A stretch of DNA of 64,000 nucleotides from Eledone cirrhosa (Eukaryota). Under the pieces are notes generated by a model. That model saw only the letters and a program-made list of their open reading frames with translations. It did no database searches and had not been told where the DNA came from. The translations under genes were made by a program, and so were the position numbers. Positions within the stretch are counted from its first letter, which is position 1. Each line of letters starts with the position of its first letter. The DNA lies in NCBI GenBank assembly GCA_964016885.1, contig OZ024741.1:266352001-266416000 (forward strand), written 5' to 3'. Of this stretch, positions 1 to 12,892 are shown piece by piece.

Positions 1-660
1 CGCCAAGGCTAACTTTGCCTGTCATCCTTACGAGGTCGATAAAATAAAGTACCAGTCACGCACTGGGGTCGATTTAATCGACTTTCCCTTCCTCCAAAAT
101 TGATGGCCTTGTGCCTTTATAAGAAACCAGTATTTCCACATTTAGCACAAGGCCAGCAATTTGAAGGAGTGTGGAAATTGATTAAATCGTCCCAATGCGT
201 TACTGGTAGGTTATATCATCGAGTCCGTAAGGATGACAATTCTGCCAATTCGACACCTTCAAATACGATATTTTAAAACTAATAAATAGTTTCTGATTTA
301 GTCACAAGGCCAACAATTTTGGGGGAGGGGGAATTCGATTAAATTAATCCCAGTGCATTACTGGTACTTTATTTTATTAACTCTGTAAGGATGACAAGTA
401 AAGCTAACCTGACGGGATTTGAACTCAGAACGTAAAAGGACGTAATTTTATAGAGTAAAGTATATTGTCCGATGCTCTACCGATTCTGCCAATCCACCGC
501 CCTACTAGGGTTTAATAGAATAGTGGTTTCTGATTTAGGCACAAGACCAGCAATTTTGGAGGATGGGAAAGTCGATTAAGTCCCCAGTGCAATACTGGTA
601 CTTTATTTTATTGACCCCGTAAGGATGAAAGACAAAGATAACCTCGTTGGGAATTGAACA
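1..660. mobile_element. Cluster of tRNA-derived SINE copies, family 1 (both orientations)
   Basis: Conserved gttaactttgcctttcatccttacggggtcgataaaataaagtaccag domain and ggccttgtgcctaaa tail. Confidence 0.8.
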
Positions 661-1158
661 GGTTCAATACAACAACTACAGCAACTACAACAACTACAAC
701 AACAACAACAACAACAGTAACAACCACCACCACAACAACAACCAACCACAACAACCAACCACAACAACCACAACAACAACAATAACAACAACCACAACAA
801 TAACAACAACCATAGCAACAACAGTAACAACCACAACAACCACAACAACAACAACAACAACAGTAACAACCACAACAACAACCACAACAACCACAACAAC
901 AACAGTAACAACCACAACAACAACAGTAACAACAACAGTAACAACAACAACAACAACAACAGTAACAACCACAACAACAACAACAGTAATAACAACAGTA
1001 ACAACCACAACAACCACAACAACAACAACAGTAACAACCACAACAACCACAACAACAGTAACAACAACCACAACAACCACAACAACAACAGTAACAACCA
1101 CAACAACCACAACAACCACAACAACAATAACAACAATAACAACAACAACAGTAACAGT
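661..1158. repeat. Compound (ACA/ACC/GTA)n trinucleotide repeat
   Basis: Direct reading; lies in a VMAT intron. Confidence 0.9.
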
Positions 1159-1620
1159 AAATTATACAATAATACAATGATCGCCGCCCCCGCCTCAACA
1201 ACCCCCTCCTCCCTCATCCATCATGTTAACAATCGATTCCATGTTTGAATAGTAAACAGAAACAATTTAGCAATCAATAATAAATCAATTAAGACGCCAT
1301 CATTTATCGCTTTTATCGTTTTCGGCAATTGGTGAGTGGCTGACATTTTCTCTCTTTTTATTTTATAGTTTTTTACTGGGTTTTATTTTTTGTTATTGTT
1401 CTTTTTCCTTTTATTTATTATTTATTTTATGTTAATAATGGGTGAGAGGGGATGGTGTAGTGGGAGGCTGTTTCGTTCTTTATACGGTTGTTTCTTATTA
1501 AGGAGAGAGGGGTGAGTTTTACTGCTGTTTATGTTATTGTTGTTGTTGTTGTTGTTCGTGGTTTTGCTTGTTTCTTAACAGTCGTTAAAGCTACGTTTGT
1601 TGTTATGACTAATTGTTCTG

Positions 1621-1788
<168 letters not shown>

Positions 1789-1831
1789 GTGTGTGTGTGT
1801 GCATATATATATATATGTATGTGTATGTATA

Positions 1832-1867
<36 letters not shown>

Positions 1868-1934
1868 TGGTAGAACACTGGAAGGTAATATCCGTAGTGG
1901 TAGAGCACTCAGTCCATGGGACGAGTTAGTTTTA

Positions 1935-1972
1935 CGAGCTGAGGATCCGCTAAGGTGAAACATTTGTTCTCG
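1935..1972 (+). ncRNA. Minimal type I hammerhead motif (paralog of 5448)
   Basis: CGAG-CTGAGGA-TCC.GCTAA.GGT-GAA-ACATTTGT-T-CTCG. Confidence 0.65.
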
Positions 1973-2097
1973 GTATGGTGAACTAACTGTTGTGTAACCA
2001 CTTCTATATATATATTATATATATTATATATATATTATATATATGCCCAGTAATGCACTGGGTAATTGCTGGCCTTGTGCCTAAAGTAGAAACAATT

Positions 2098-2128
<31 letters not shown>

Positions 2129-2140
2129 CATGTGTGTATG

Positions 2141-2172
<32 letters not shown>

Positions 2173-2275
2173 AGTGTATGTGCGTCTGTGTAGCTATGTA
2201 TCTGTCTATCTATATGTTTGTCTATCTATCTATTTATCTATTTAACAGTATATATATATATATCTGTCTTTTCAG

Positions 2276-2327
2276 ATGGCTCACTGCTTTACTTGGGATG
2301 CTGATGATCGGATTCCTAATGATAGCT
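2276..2327 (+). CDS. SLC18A2: Vesicular monoamine transporter (VMAT/SLC18A), internal exon; upstream exons lie outside the window
   Basis: ttcag|A TGG CTC...GCT|gtaagt, 52 bp, (R)WLTALLGMLMIGFLMIA, resembles VMAT RWLCALLGM. Ortholog of vertebrate SLC18A1/2. Confidence 0.9.
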
Positions 2328-3321
2328 GTAAGTAAAACGTCTGTTCCTCCAATGGTTTTCTCTGTTTTAATAGTTTAGTGGGGCATGGAGGGCTAGAGCT
2401 CATAACCGGGTCGTGTGGTGTGTCCATAGCGTGTTTTGCTGACGATCATAAGTTCCTGATATCGGTTCTCAATGCCGGGTAGTGCATTATGCCGGTGATC
2501 AAGGCACTTTATTTCAGCTGGGAATGTGTATCAGCTGTAGCCCCTGGAAGTTAGCCCTACGATGAACTGATCTCTTTAAATGTCGATATATAAATCTTGG
2601 TATGAGAATAAATGAAATGTTTTGAAGAGAAAATGAGATATAAAATATTTAGTACTCTCATAACATGGCTACTCCAATGATGCGGGACTGGACGATGTGG
2701 GAATCAGTGTTCTCAGATGAGAAGGACCCTTGGTGCTGACCACCTCATGATTCCAGTGGAGGAAAGAATGGCGAAAACGTTTCCCCGGAAGATGGCGAGG
2801 AAAGACGCTGAAAAGGCTATTCCAGCTTGTGGGGCCCTCTCCTGTGGTTAGCCTACTCTGCTACAGGTTCCACAACTGGTGTCTTACTTTCAATCGCTTA
2901 ACGTCAATGACACTGGGATAAGCTCTGCCCTGATGAGGCTTGGGGCAGCTAAAAAAGAGTACTAGTAGTGGCTGGGGGTTGGTGCCCCCCACCCAAGTGA
3001 TGGGTAGTCTAGTACTCTCAGTCATTTAATTTTCTTGAAACCGGGGTATGCTTTAGGTTCCGTCCAACCCTTACAAAACATAGGACGTAAGATTCATTCA
3101 GATTGACAGACAAACTGGCTTCACACCTTCATTACTGTGGCCCTTTCTTCTTCTTCTTCTTCTCCTCCTCTCCTCCTCTTCTTCCTTCTCTTCATCATCA
3201 TAATCTTCTATCTCTTTGTCTTCTTTCTCTTTTTCTTACTCTTCTCTCTCATATTCTTCCTTCCTTAATAATAAAGGTTATTTCAATTTTTTTTTTTTTT
3301 ATGTGTTATTTCTTTTTCTAG

Positions 3322-3385
3322 ATTCCTTTTGCCAAGAATATATTCCATTTAATAATTCCACATATTGCTGTAGGTTTTGGAATTG
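3322..3385 (+). CDS. SLC18A2: VMAT internal exon
   Basis: ctag|ATT CCT TTT...ATT G|gtaag, 64 bp, IPFAKNIFHLIIPHIAVGFGI(G), phase compatible with neighbours. Confidence 0.93.
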
Positions 3386-3539
3386 GTAAGTAATTTCCTT
3401 CTTTGAACGAGGAATGATTGAGGACTTTCATACAGAAATGTTGATACACTTTTAATCTTTCTTCGTTTTTAAATTCTGAGGCACAGACCCTTAGAGATTT
3501 TTTTTAGTCAATGATGTCTACCTTAGTACTTTGTCTGTA

Positions 3540-3840
3540 AGGCGCATGGCTTTATGGTTAGGGAATTCGGCTCAGGATCGTAAGGTCATGAGTTCGATTC
3601 CCGGTGGCACACTGGGTCCTTGAGCAAGACACTTTATTTCACGTTGCTCCAGTTCACTCAGCTGTCAAAAATGAGTTGTACTTGTAATTCGAAGGGCCAG
3701 CCTTGTCACATTCTGTGGCTCGCTGAATCTCCCGTATTTTTATGGAATGCTCAGCCACTTACATGTTAATTTCACGAGCAGGCTGTTCCGTTGATTGTAT
3801 CAACTGGATCACTCGTCGTGGTACTCGACGGAGTGCCTCA
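3540..3840 (+). mobile_element. tRNA-derived SINE family 2 (CORE-like domain); paralogs 4480-4780, 42465-42780 (+), 46700-47000 (-)
   Basis: A box tggcttta.tgg, B box gagttcgattcc, ccttgagcaagacactttatttcac...ctcagctg..aaaatgag. Confidence 0.8.
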
Positions 3841-3984
3841 CACACACAGTATTTTGTCTAGTACTTATTTTATCGACTTCCTACACGCAACAATTGCTGT
3901 AACATATTTCGTCTGATTATTTCACCTTTATTCAGCCATCTTTAAACGTTTGGCAGCGAAAAAACAACAAAAATAATTTTAGGT

Positions 3985-4325
3985 GTTACTAAGCCAACAC
4001 AGGTGAGGTGGTGGAAGCAGCCGCACCCCGAACAGTTACGGCCCCTCTTCCGTTTCTTCATGGTGCTGCAAGTGCTGCAGATGTCGACTGGTGGGGATGG
4101 CGGATGGGGCGTGGAGCAGGGGACTGGGGCACCAAGCGGTATCAGGAGTGAGTGGCTGGTTGTCACCAGCCTAGGTGCTAGGCACAATTGCACGTGGGTG
4201 GAAAGGAAAGTGTTGGTATCAGTATCTCCCTTACCATCCTCCGGGGAAACGCCTTCTCCATCCTGTCCGCCGGGGCTGTGGGGGGGGCCAGCACGTGGGA
4301 CCCCATTTGCTCACCATACGGATTA
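3985..4325 (-). mobile_element. GC-rich fragment encoding a truncated PHD-like finger, probably retroelement-derived
   Basis: ICSTC...CSGCGCFHHLTC (C4HC pattern, truncated), no splice context. Confidence 0.45.
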
Positions 4326-4790
4326 ATAGACAAAGTTATAAACTATTCTAAATAAATATTCTATTATTGGTAAAAAAAATATATATATATCTTAAATAAC
4401 GTTGGCTTCGGCAATTTGAGCATTATTGTAAAGATTTTTGCAAACCAAATTGTACAAGTCTGTGGTCTTTGAACGTGCACGTTGTGGTGCTTAGCATGTA
4501 TGGCTCACAATCCTAAACTCGTGTGTTCGATTCCTGCCGACGACTTGTGTCCCTGAGCAAAACACTTTATTTCACGTTACAACATTCCACTCAGCTGGCA
4601 AATTGAAAGAGCCACTTTTGCCACACAAAATATAACGCTGAAGCTCCCTGAGAATTGCCTTAACAGTACATGTGTCTGTGCAGTGTTTCGGCCACTTACA
4701 CGTTAATTTAATAAGCAGGCTGATCCGTTGTTGAAGAATCTACTGGAACGTTCGTCGTAGGAACCGACGGAAGTCCAACACGCGCGTGTG

Positions 4791-4846
<56 letters not shown>

Positions 4847-4942
4847 TTTGTGCTTTGGGTATTTCGGATGTTTCCATACCTCACTGGCTTCTCTACTTTC
4901 TTAGTACTTTTCTATTTTTGTTTTCTAATGAAAGTAACAAAC

Positions 4943-5034
<92 letters not shown>

Positions 5035-5258
5035 ATGATAGTTATATCTGTATAAATACAGAGTGTGTTACCGAGACTATGTCAACCTGTATAAATATAT
5101 ACACATATCTAATATGTAGACATGTAAACATGCCAGGAAATGCAAATTTCCCTGTAACTTGAAAAGATGATAAACATCTTTAATCGATTTTCAAAACTAA
5201 TTGGACCCTCATCAAAAGGCGTGTATACCATCCAATCAACCACAAGGAAACACACACA

Positions 5259-5325
<67 letters not shown>

Positions 5326-5447
5326 TAGAATACTGCAAGGTAATATCCGTAGTGGTAAAGCACTCAATCCGTGGGACAAGCTTGGCAGAAGTAGTAACAC
5401 AACAGTTAGTTCACCATACCGAGAACAATTGTATAACCATTACCAGT

Positions 5448-5488
5448 CCGAGCTGAAGATCCTCATAAGGTGAAACAATTGTTCGCGG
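5448..5488 (+). ncRNA. Minimal type I hammerhead motif
   Basis: CCGAG-CTGAAGA-T-CCT.CATA.AGG-T-GAA-ACAATTGT-T-CGCGG, palindromic stem III. Confidence 0.68.
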
Positions 5489-5544
5489 TATGGTGTTACT
5501 ACTATATATATATATATATATCATATATATATGTCTATATATAT

Positions 5545-6530
5545 ATAACTACATAAACGGAGAAATCTATTAGCGATACTCCGACCAAATTCCAACTCAC
5601 TCTACAAACATTAGGAAATACCGGAGTATATTCCCAATTAAACGTTTGGGGTGCTAACTATATTGTATTGTGTGGATAATTGGCTGTATTATTTTATATG
5701 AGATATATTAAAGATATCATTTCCCAAACGAATCGTTTCATTGTAAGATTTCTACATGGTGGGTGAAATTATACCAAGTTATGTAGAAACTTGTGTAAGA
5801 TCACTGGATTCTTATGCAAGTGGGCTCTTATAAATCTTCAGTGGGTGCCCAATAATATTAATATTAATAACCAAATCAATATCAATAATTAGCGATAATC
5901 ACCATCAGTGTTAGAAGGAGCTGTTAGGTTGTAAGTCCAGCAGTTCGAAAGAAAATCTCACACTGTCCCCAAAATGGGAGGAGGAGGCTACCGGGAAAAA
6001 TAATACACACGCAGGTCATTGAACTCTGACAAGAATTCAAGCCTCGTGCGAAGAACTCAATTGGATATGAAAAAATAAATATATATGTGTACTGTTTAAG
6101 GACACATAGAGATATTTTCTCTGGCAAAATAACAGATATGAGATACAGGAACAAACAATCAATATTCATATAAAAAAATAAACAAAGAGTGTTATACCTT
6201 ATATCAGGAAAATTCATGTCTGGTGATCCAAGAGTATATTACATAACTACATAAACGGAGAAAGCTATTAGCGATACTCCGACCAAATTCCAACTCACTC
6301 AACACACATTAGGAAATACTGCAGTATATTCCCAATTAAACATTTGGGGTGCTAACTATATTGTATTGTGTGGATAATTGGCTGTATTATTTTATATGAG
6401 ATATATTAAAGATCTCATTTCCCAAACGAATCGTTTCATTGTAAGATTTCTACATGGTGGGTGAAATTATACCAAGTTATGTAGAAGCTTGTGTAAGATC
6501 AATGGATTCTTATGCAAGTGGGCTCTTATA
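5545..6530. repeat. ~285-bp direct repeats (5545-5830 and 6243-6530) around a ~410-bp core, between TA tracts
   Basis: Two near-identical copies starting ataactacataaacggagaaa and ending gcaagtgggctctta. Confidence 0.85.
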
Positions 6531-6700
6531 TATATATATATATATTTCGTTGACAAATATATCAATATGCCCAGACATGCAGATATATTGCCCTTGGTAT
6601 GACAGTGTGGTTTTAGCTCAATGTAGGATAACTAGTATACTACAGAGCCGTTATAGTTATAGGAATAACCAAAGAGTACTTAGAAATACATTGTTTTATT

Positions 6701-6747
6701 AGCTAACAGTGTTTCATCCATACACCATGGCAGGAATCATCAGAGCT
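6701..6747 (-). ncRNA. Type I hammerhead motif followed by AATAAA
   Basis: AGCT-CTGATGA-TTCC...GGAT-GAAAC.ACT.GT-T-AGCT-AATAAA. Confidence 0.62.
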
Positions 6748-7298
6748 TATAAACATGAGTATATCAGTAGTTGCATGCTCCATCGAGCTGCGTCATCAGA
6801 ACAAGGTTAAAGGAGCAGCAGGGGGGGGGGGGTCCCGGAGCCAGTGCTATATGGAAAAAGGCACATAATGTCATAAAATGTCTTAAAAATTTAAAAATTA
6901 AAAATTACACCAAAAAATGTATCACTTAAATGGTGCAATAGATGATAAAGAGGTTGGGAGAGGGTAGCAAGGGAAGAGTGAGGGTATTACTCAGCATAGT
7001 TTTAAATAATAAATAAAACGGTTAACTTTCTAGACGTAACCCTGGACTTGGAAAATAAATACTTCTCATTGGTATTTTTGGTGGTGGGGGGTACATTGGT
7101 ATTATTTGTGGTGGTGGGGGGGTAACATGGTACTTTTGGAGGGGGGGGTACACTGGTATTTTTCGAGGCGGTGGTGGGGGTAAAAATGTTTTGGAGGGGG
7201 GGGGGGGGGGGTACATTAATATTTTTCGATGGGAGGGGGTACATTAGTGTCTCTGATTCTAACATCTTTACCTCCCAATGTCTTACTACTCCTCACAG

Positions 7299-7418
7299 GA
7301 ATGGTCGATTCCTCTATGATGCCATTAATGGGTCACTTGGTAGATCTTCGTCATGTTTCTGTCTATGGTAGTGTCTACGCCATTGCTGATGTTGCATTTT
7401 GTCTGGGATTTGCCGTCG
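7299..7418 (+). CDS. SLC18A2: VMAT internal exon
   Basis: cacag|GA ATG...GTC G|gtaagt, 120 bp, [39 protein letters not shown], the SLC18 signature region. Confidence 0.97.
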
Positions 7419-7445
7419 GTAAGTCTATCTATCTATCTATATTTC

Positions 7446-7476
<31 letters not shown>

Positions 7477-7519
7477 TTATCTATCTTTATAACTAACTAT
7501 CTACCTTTCTATCTATCTA

Positions 7520-7810
7520 AGGTGGGTGAATGTGGCGAAAATGGCCCGAGTGAATGAGCCTTCTCTGTATATAAACCTGTAGGTTGAGGAAGACGGAAAC
7601 ACCTACAAAACGTGTTCCTGGAGTTGAGGGTTGTTCAATCCATGGGGTGTAAAATAACCCTGCAGTAACGTTCCCCCCTATTCGGGATTTCGATTGTTTT
7701 ATTTTTATTTTATATATAGTTTATTATTGTTAAAGATTTTATGTAAAACCCCCGCCGTCACGTCTTGTAATGTCCCATTTTTGTACGCCCTTGTGGCAAA
7801 TAAAGAAATA
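7520..7810 (+). mobile_element. LINE-type 3' end inserted in (TCTA)n; paralog 61150-61475
   Basis: Two homologous copies ending gcccttgtggc..aataaagaaa followed by TCTA repeats; possibly Tx1/L1-like (inference). Confidence 0.6.
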
Positions 7811-8006
7811 TATCTATCTTTATAACTACCTATCTATCTGTCTATCTATCTTTCTGTCATAGTTGAATCATTCAGTAATACAAGTTACGAATCTATTATC
7901 CAAAATTCTAAATCCGAAAAAACACCTTCAAATTCCCAAAATGTTACTTCTGTCCCTTGTGATTTGAACGCATATAGTTATATATCTGTGTTCGTCTCTA
8001 TTTACT

Positions 8007-8065
<59 letters not shown>

Positions 8066-8237
8066 TACAATAAATCGTTTTCGAATAAGAAAAGAAAGAA
8101 GGTTAGATGAAGAAGTTATTAGAGCTCAAAATATGAGATTTATTACAGTAAACTACTCAGAAGACTAAATACAGTTCTATTTGAGTTGTATGAAATCCCA
8201 TATTCACCCACTTTACATGTTATTTTCAATATTCTAG

Positions 8238-8283
8238 GTCCGGCCATTAGTGGTGCCATTGTGAAGTGCCTGGGATTTTCAGG
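8238..8283 (+). CDS. SLC18A2: VMAT internal exon
   Basis: ctag|GT CCG...TCA GG|gtaag, 46 bp, (G)PAISGAIVKCLGFS(G). Confidence 0.9.
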
Positions 8284-8696
8284 GTAAGCTACCCAGCCAT
8301 AATGGGTGACCTTGGCTTTTTAACAATCTTATAATGACACTAACACCAACTTACCTATCTTCATACATTCCATACTGGCATAGCCTCACGCAGACACACA
8401 TTCATATGATATAATCTTTTATTCTTTTACTGTACGGTCATTCTGGAGCACCACTTTCAAGAGATTTAATCGATCCTACCAGTCTCCAGTACTTTATTTT
8501 TGTTCAAGTCTAACACCTATTATATTGATTTCTTTTTGTTGAACCGCTAAGTTACAGGACATAAACACACACAAACACACACATACAGAGACACACTCAT
8601 GCTCATACAAACACATACACATTATATAACAGGCTTCTTTATAAATCCCTTTTAATGCTTATGTTTTTGTTTTCTTTTTTTTTTTTGATTTTCCAG

Positions 8697-8784
8697 AATG
8701 ATTTGGGTGATTTCCACAATAAATATCTTGTATGCTCCCACGATGCTATTTCTTCGGAACCCACCTGTTAAAGAGGAGAAAATG
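8697..8784 (+). CDS. SLC18A2: VMAT penultimate coding exon (TM12, KEEKM)
   Basis: ccag|A ATG...AAA ATG|gtaaat, 88 bp, MIWVISTINILYAPTMLFLRNPPVKEEKM. Confidence 0.94.
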
Positions 8785-9684
8785 GTAAATGGCAATTATC
8801 ACTGTTGTTGTTGTTGTTGTTGTTTGTCCTAAACTTCATCTGGCAGTGAGGCTCCAGTTTGGTAGTTCCAGGAGAGTGCGGTGTCACCCTTGTGTTGTTA
8901 GAACTCCCAGGTCTACTCTCACTAGAAGTAGAAATGCCTGTTAGGGTCTCCTCTATGAGTTAAATAGACCTGTAATCCTAATGTGGTGGATATGAGAACG
9001 GCCTTGAGAGTTCTGGGGGTATCTGGTGTCACCTCTGTGTTCTTATAACTCCCAGGTCCACTCTGACACGCTAGTGCCAGTTTGGTCCCACCATCTAAGG
9101 GTTAAATGGTTGCACTGAGTCCCAAGGTGGTAGATAGAGAAACAGCCTTCAGATATGGTAACAATTAATAGATTCGGATTAAATACAGGTTGGCCTTTGG
9201 TAAAGTATAAAGTACTGTTAGCCATCCTCAGTGGAGTTACATACATATAAAACATCAAAACATTTATTTACAAAATAGGGATTTCCGCATTTAATTGTAC
9301 CGGTTTCAGCTTATATGCTTTTTCAACGACGGAAGTGTATAATGCAATTAAATTGCATATTAATAAGAATAATAAAAATATAGAGAACAAAATTTGCTTT
9401 TGCATACATATTTAGGGAGAAAAGTTCACATTTTTGTAATTTTCTTTCTTTCTCTCTTGGTGGTGACCTTAGCCTTACCAACAGTGGTGGTAGCAATTTA
9501 AACTGTTGGCTTTGACTGAGGTGGTAGTGGTGGGGGGAGAAGACTATGATGAAGAAGAGGGAGGGACAGGGTATAGGTGTGGTAGTAATACCAGGGCTAT
9601 GGTAAGGAAGGGGAAGACGGAGAAGGGGTGGGTGAAGCAGAAGGGGACGATGGGAAGGTGTAGTAGTAATAGTATCACTGTTAA

Positions 9685-9870
9685 TAATTGTTTCTACTTT
9701 AGGCACAAGGCCAACAATTATCCCAGTACATTACTGGTACTTTATTTTATCGACCCCGTAAGGATGAAAGGTAAAGTTAACCTCGACGGGATTTGAACTC
9801 AGACCGTAAAGGGACATAACTATGCTGGAAAGCATGGCGTCTGACCCTCTACCGATACTGCCAAAGCACC
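9685..9870 (-). mobile_element. SINE family 1 copy
   Basis: Same central domain and B-box gagttcaaatcc. Confidence 0.75.
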
Positions 9871-10054
9871 ACTGTTAATAATGGTAAAGGGAGCTGCCCG
9901 TGGGATTGGCTTAAATGATTGAGTGACCTTAGAGTTGACTGAGGAAGTAATTGTTTCTAAAAAATATCTATCTTGGTAATGCTGGCATTCTTAAATTGAC
10001 CTGCAGTGTGGATGTTTTTAAGAGATCTTCCTTAATTTGTCCATGGTGCTAATT

Positions 10055-10740
10055 TTAAAGTATGCTAGCTGCAGTTTCGTCTGAGGAAGATGCATTTAGA
10101 AGGGGTTCATATTTAGCGATAAAGTGTGATTCCTTGCTAATGCGCTGGATGTGGGAAGCGTTGTCTTTAAATTTGTAGAGGGGAAAAATTCTGAAATTGA
10201 TTTGTTCATGAGAGGCTCAGGCAGCAATGTGTTCACTCAGTGCTATTTTTGTGTATTCCCATATTTTAATTCGGGATCTATGAATGGTTACACGTTGACA
10301 AAGACTGTTTTTAGTCTGTCCTGCGTACTGCTCTCGACAGCCTGAGCAAGTCAACACATATATCAGGTTTTCTGATGCGCATGTGAAATTGTATTTCATT
10401 ATAAAGCATTGCCTTTGTTTGAAGTGGAACTCCGATCCCTCTATTAGGTTGACACATATACCACTGTTGGGTCTTCCGCATTTTTTACTGCTGGTTTCAT
10501 TGTTAAGGTTGACTGGACTTTGGCCTGTGTAAGGATGTTTTTCATTGATTTGGGTTGTCTTTTGCTCTTTATAATGTTGTGCGTTTGAAGGATTTGATTC
10601 ATTCTTAGATCTTTATTTAGTAAAGGTGTGTTCTGGAAGATGATGTTGAAGGGCTCATTGTTTAGGGGGTTGTGTGTAGAGATGTATGGTAGAGCTTTCA
10701 GTTTCGATTCATTCTTTAGTTTGGGGTGTCTAAGCCCTGC
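10055..10740 (-). mobile_element. Penelope-like element fragment, GIY-YIG endonuclease region (degenerate)
   Basis: LPYISTHNP...KSKRQPKSMKNILTQAK, FTCASENLIYVLTCSGCREQYAGQTKNSLCQRVTIHR, KESHFIAKYEPLLN, with frameshift and stop. Confidence 0.85.
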
Positions 10741-11400
10741 ATGTTCAGAAATAGAACTAGTTAGAAAGAGCATACTGAGGCACCTAGCCCCAACCATAAG
10801 GAAAGAAACCATCCTTAACCAGTGGGAAAGTAGTGAAGCAGTATTTAAATGGTTTAACACCCTTAACAACACTAACAAGCTAGATTCACCTAGTTTGACA
10901 TAATAGATTTTTAGTTTTCGATTTCTAAAACGTTACTAGATAAATCCTTAGACTTTGCTGCCAACTACACTAGTGTACATAGACCACCAAATTATATTCC
11001 ACTATAGAAAAATCCCTCCTCTTTAATAACAGTGTGGCCTTAGTTTTAAAAAATCCACTACCACAGACCTATTTGATGTATCCATGGGATCATTCTAGGA
11101 CATGGACATATGCGATTTGGTGAATTTAAATATTTTGGACACGCTAAGAACTAAATTCCCTGACATCCATATGGGCACATATCGCGACGGTGATCAGGTC
11201 AAGCTATAAAAGTGACCACGACCTCGACACCCTTAAAAAAAAAATCTTAATAGCCACATTCAACAATCCAGGATTAAAAATTACAGTAGCTACCAACCTC
11301 ACTAGCGCCAACTTTCTAGACATCAGCTTAGAAAAGCTGCACCCCACAAATACAGACTTCATCAACTGCTTCTCACACATCCAAATATATACTTAAAAAT
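10741..11400 (+). mobile_element. Penelope-like element fragment, reverse transcriptase (degenerate)
   Basis: NQWESSEAVFKWF, RKSLLFN, FDVSMGSF..ICDLV, GTYRD, NFLDISL: motifs of LYRDD-type PLE RTs, multiple disruptions. Confidence 0.8.
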
Positions 11401-12298
11401 AGGAAAACCTCAGACTAAGAATCTCTCACACACACAACTATCACACCATGACACACGTTTCACCTGTCCCTAAAGAACAACCAGCTTCTCTAAACCTTCC
11501 AATATAGAGAGGCTCTCTAATTAACACCCAATAAGCCACCTAAGGTGTACCCCTACTTGTTCCTCTCCCCCACCCCTTCTAAAGATCTCTACCTTATTGG
11601 ATTCTTAATGCACCCAACCGCTCACTTCCAATAACATATAACTATGACATACGTTAGAGCCCTTCATGTTATTAAAAAAAAGGATTATCTCCCCTTTCCA
11701 GTCTTTCTATACATCTAACAACTAATAATTATTGTCCCTTTCTTTGGAGCTCTTTTATAAAAGAAGATGTGAACAAATACAAAATTAATTTCAAGATGGC
11801 CAAAATGACGCTCTGAGAAGGTATATTAAATCTTCCTAGTGAAATACGCATATTCTATAAATGTATTGTTGATATAATAATAAAAAAACTTTTCTTTATA
11901 TAAATAAATATATAGATTGACTCTGGTGCTGAAACTTGGAAGACCACTAATCATGGGAGTATTCAATGCATGGGCAGAAGCAGAGTGGGTATAGAGATAG
12001 GTAAAATCCCATCCGTGGCACCAAGCAGTCAAGATTTTACCTATAAATACATACATACAAGTGCCACAGAAAAAAAGCACCCAGCACTCACTGTAAATGA
12101 GGTCGGTGTTAGGAAGGGCATCCAGCTGTAGAAATCAAGCCCAAATCAGTTCCCGTATGAGCAAAACAAAGTCACCTGACCTGGCATTGCCCACAACAGG
12201 ACAACACATCTAACCCATGCTAGCGTGGAAGAATGGACGTAAAACAGTGATGATGATGATGATACACACACACACATACATAGATATCTATAAATATT

Positions 12299-12330
<32 letters not shown>

Positions 12331-12849
12331 TAGTAATAATAATTACGAAGACCAACATCCGAAGAGGGTTCAATAACCATTGTATATATATATATAAAAG
12401 TTTTAAGCAAAGAATTTCTGATTACACCCTATTAATCTGTACTAATAATAAATAAATGTATATATATATATTTATGTTCATACACGTAACATGTATTGTA
12501 ATACCTTAGGTTTCAAAGTCCAGTTTTGGTCACCACAGTAGACAGTAGATGGTGGTGCAGAAGGGATTGAGAATCTATAAAAAAACTGATGTCTTTCATA
12601 TATATTTTTTTCTCTAAAATGGCTGACTGAATACACACGTGTGTTTCCTCAAAAAAATGTTTTTCTGTTCCTTCCTCTACTTACTCTCTATCTTTTTATT
12701 TCATCTTTTATTTCTCATTCTATCTTCTAATGAAGGTCTAGTGTCCAAAATGTAAAGACTCTTTACATACTATATCAAGCGTTAAACTAATATATTTCTT
12801 CATTGTACTGTGTCATTTGCTTTGTTGTTTATGTTCACTTTTTGCATAC

Positions 12850-12887
<38 letters not shown>

Positions 12888-12892
<5 letters not shown>

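Noticed and set aside
603-1217. Mucin-like, poly-Leu or poly-Cys ORFs
   Set aside because: Products of a trinucleotide repeat inside a VMAT intron; the ATG lies in a SINE.
2925-2960. ctgatgag as a hammerhead core
   Set aside because: No GAAA or stems downstream; part of a LINE-type 3' end.
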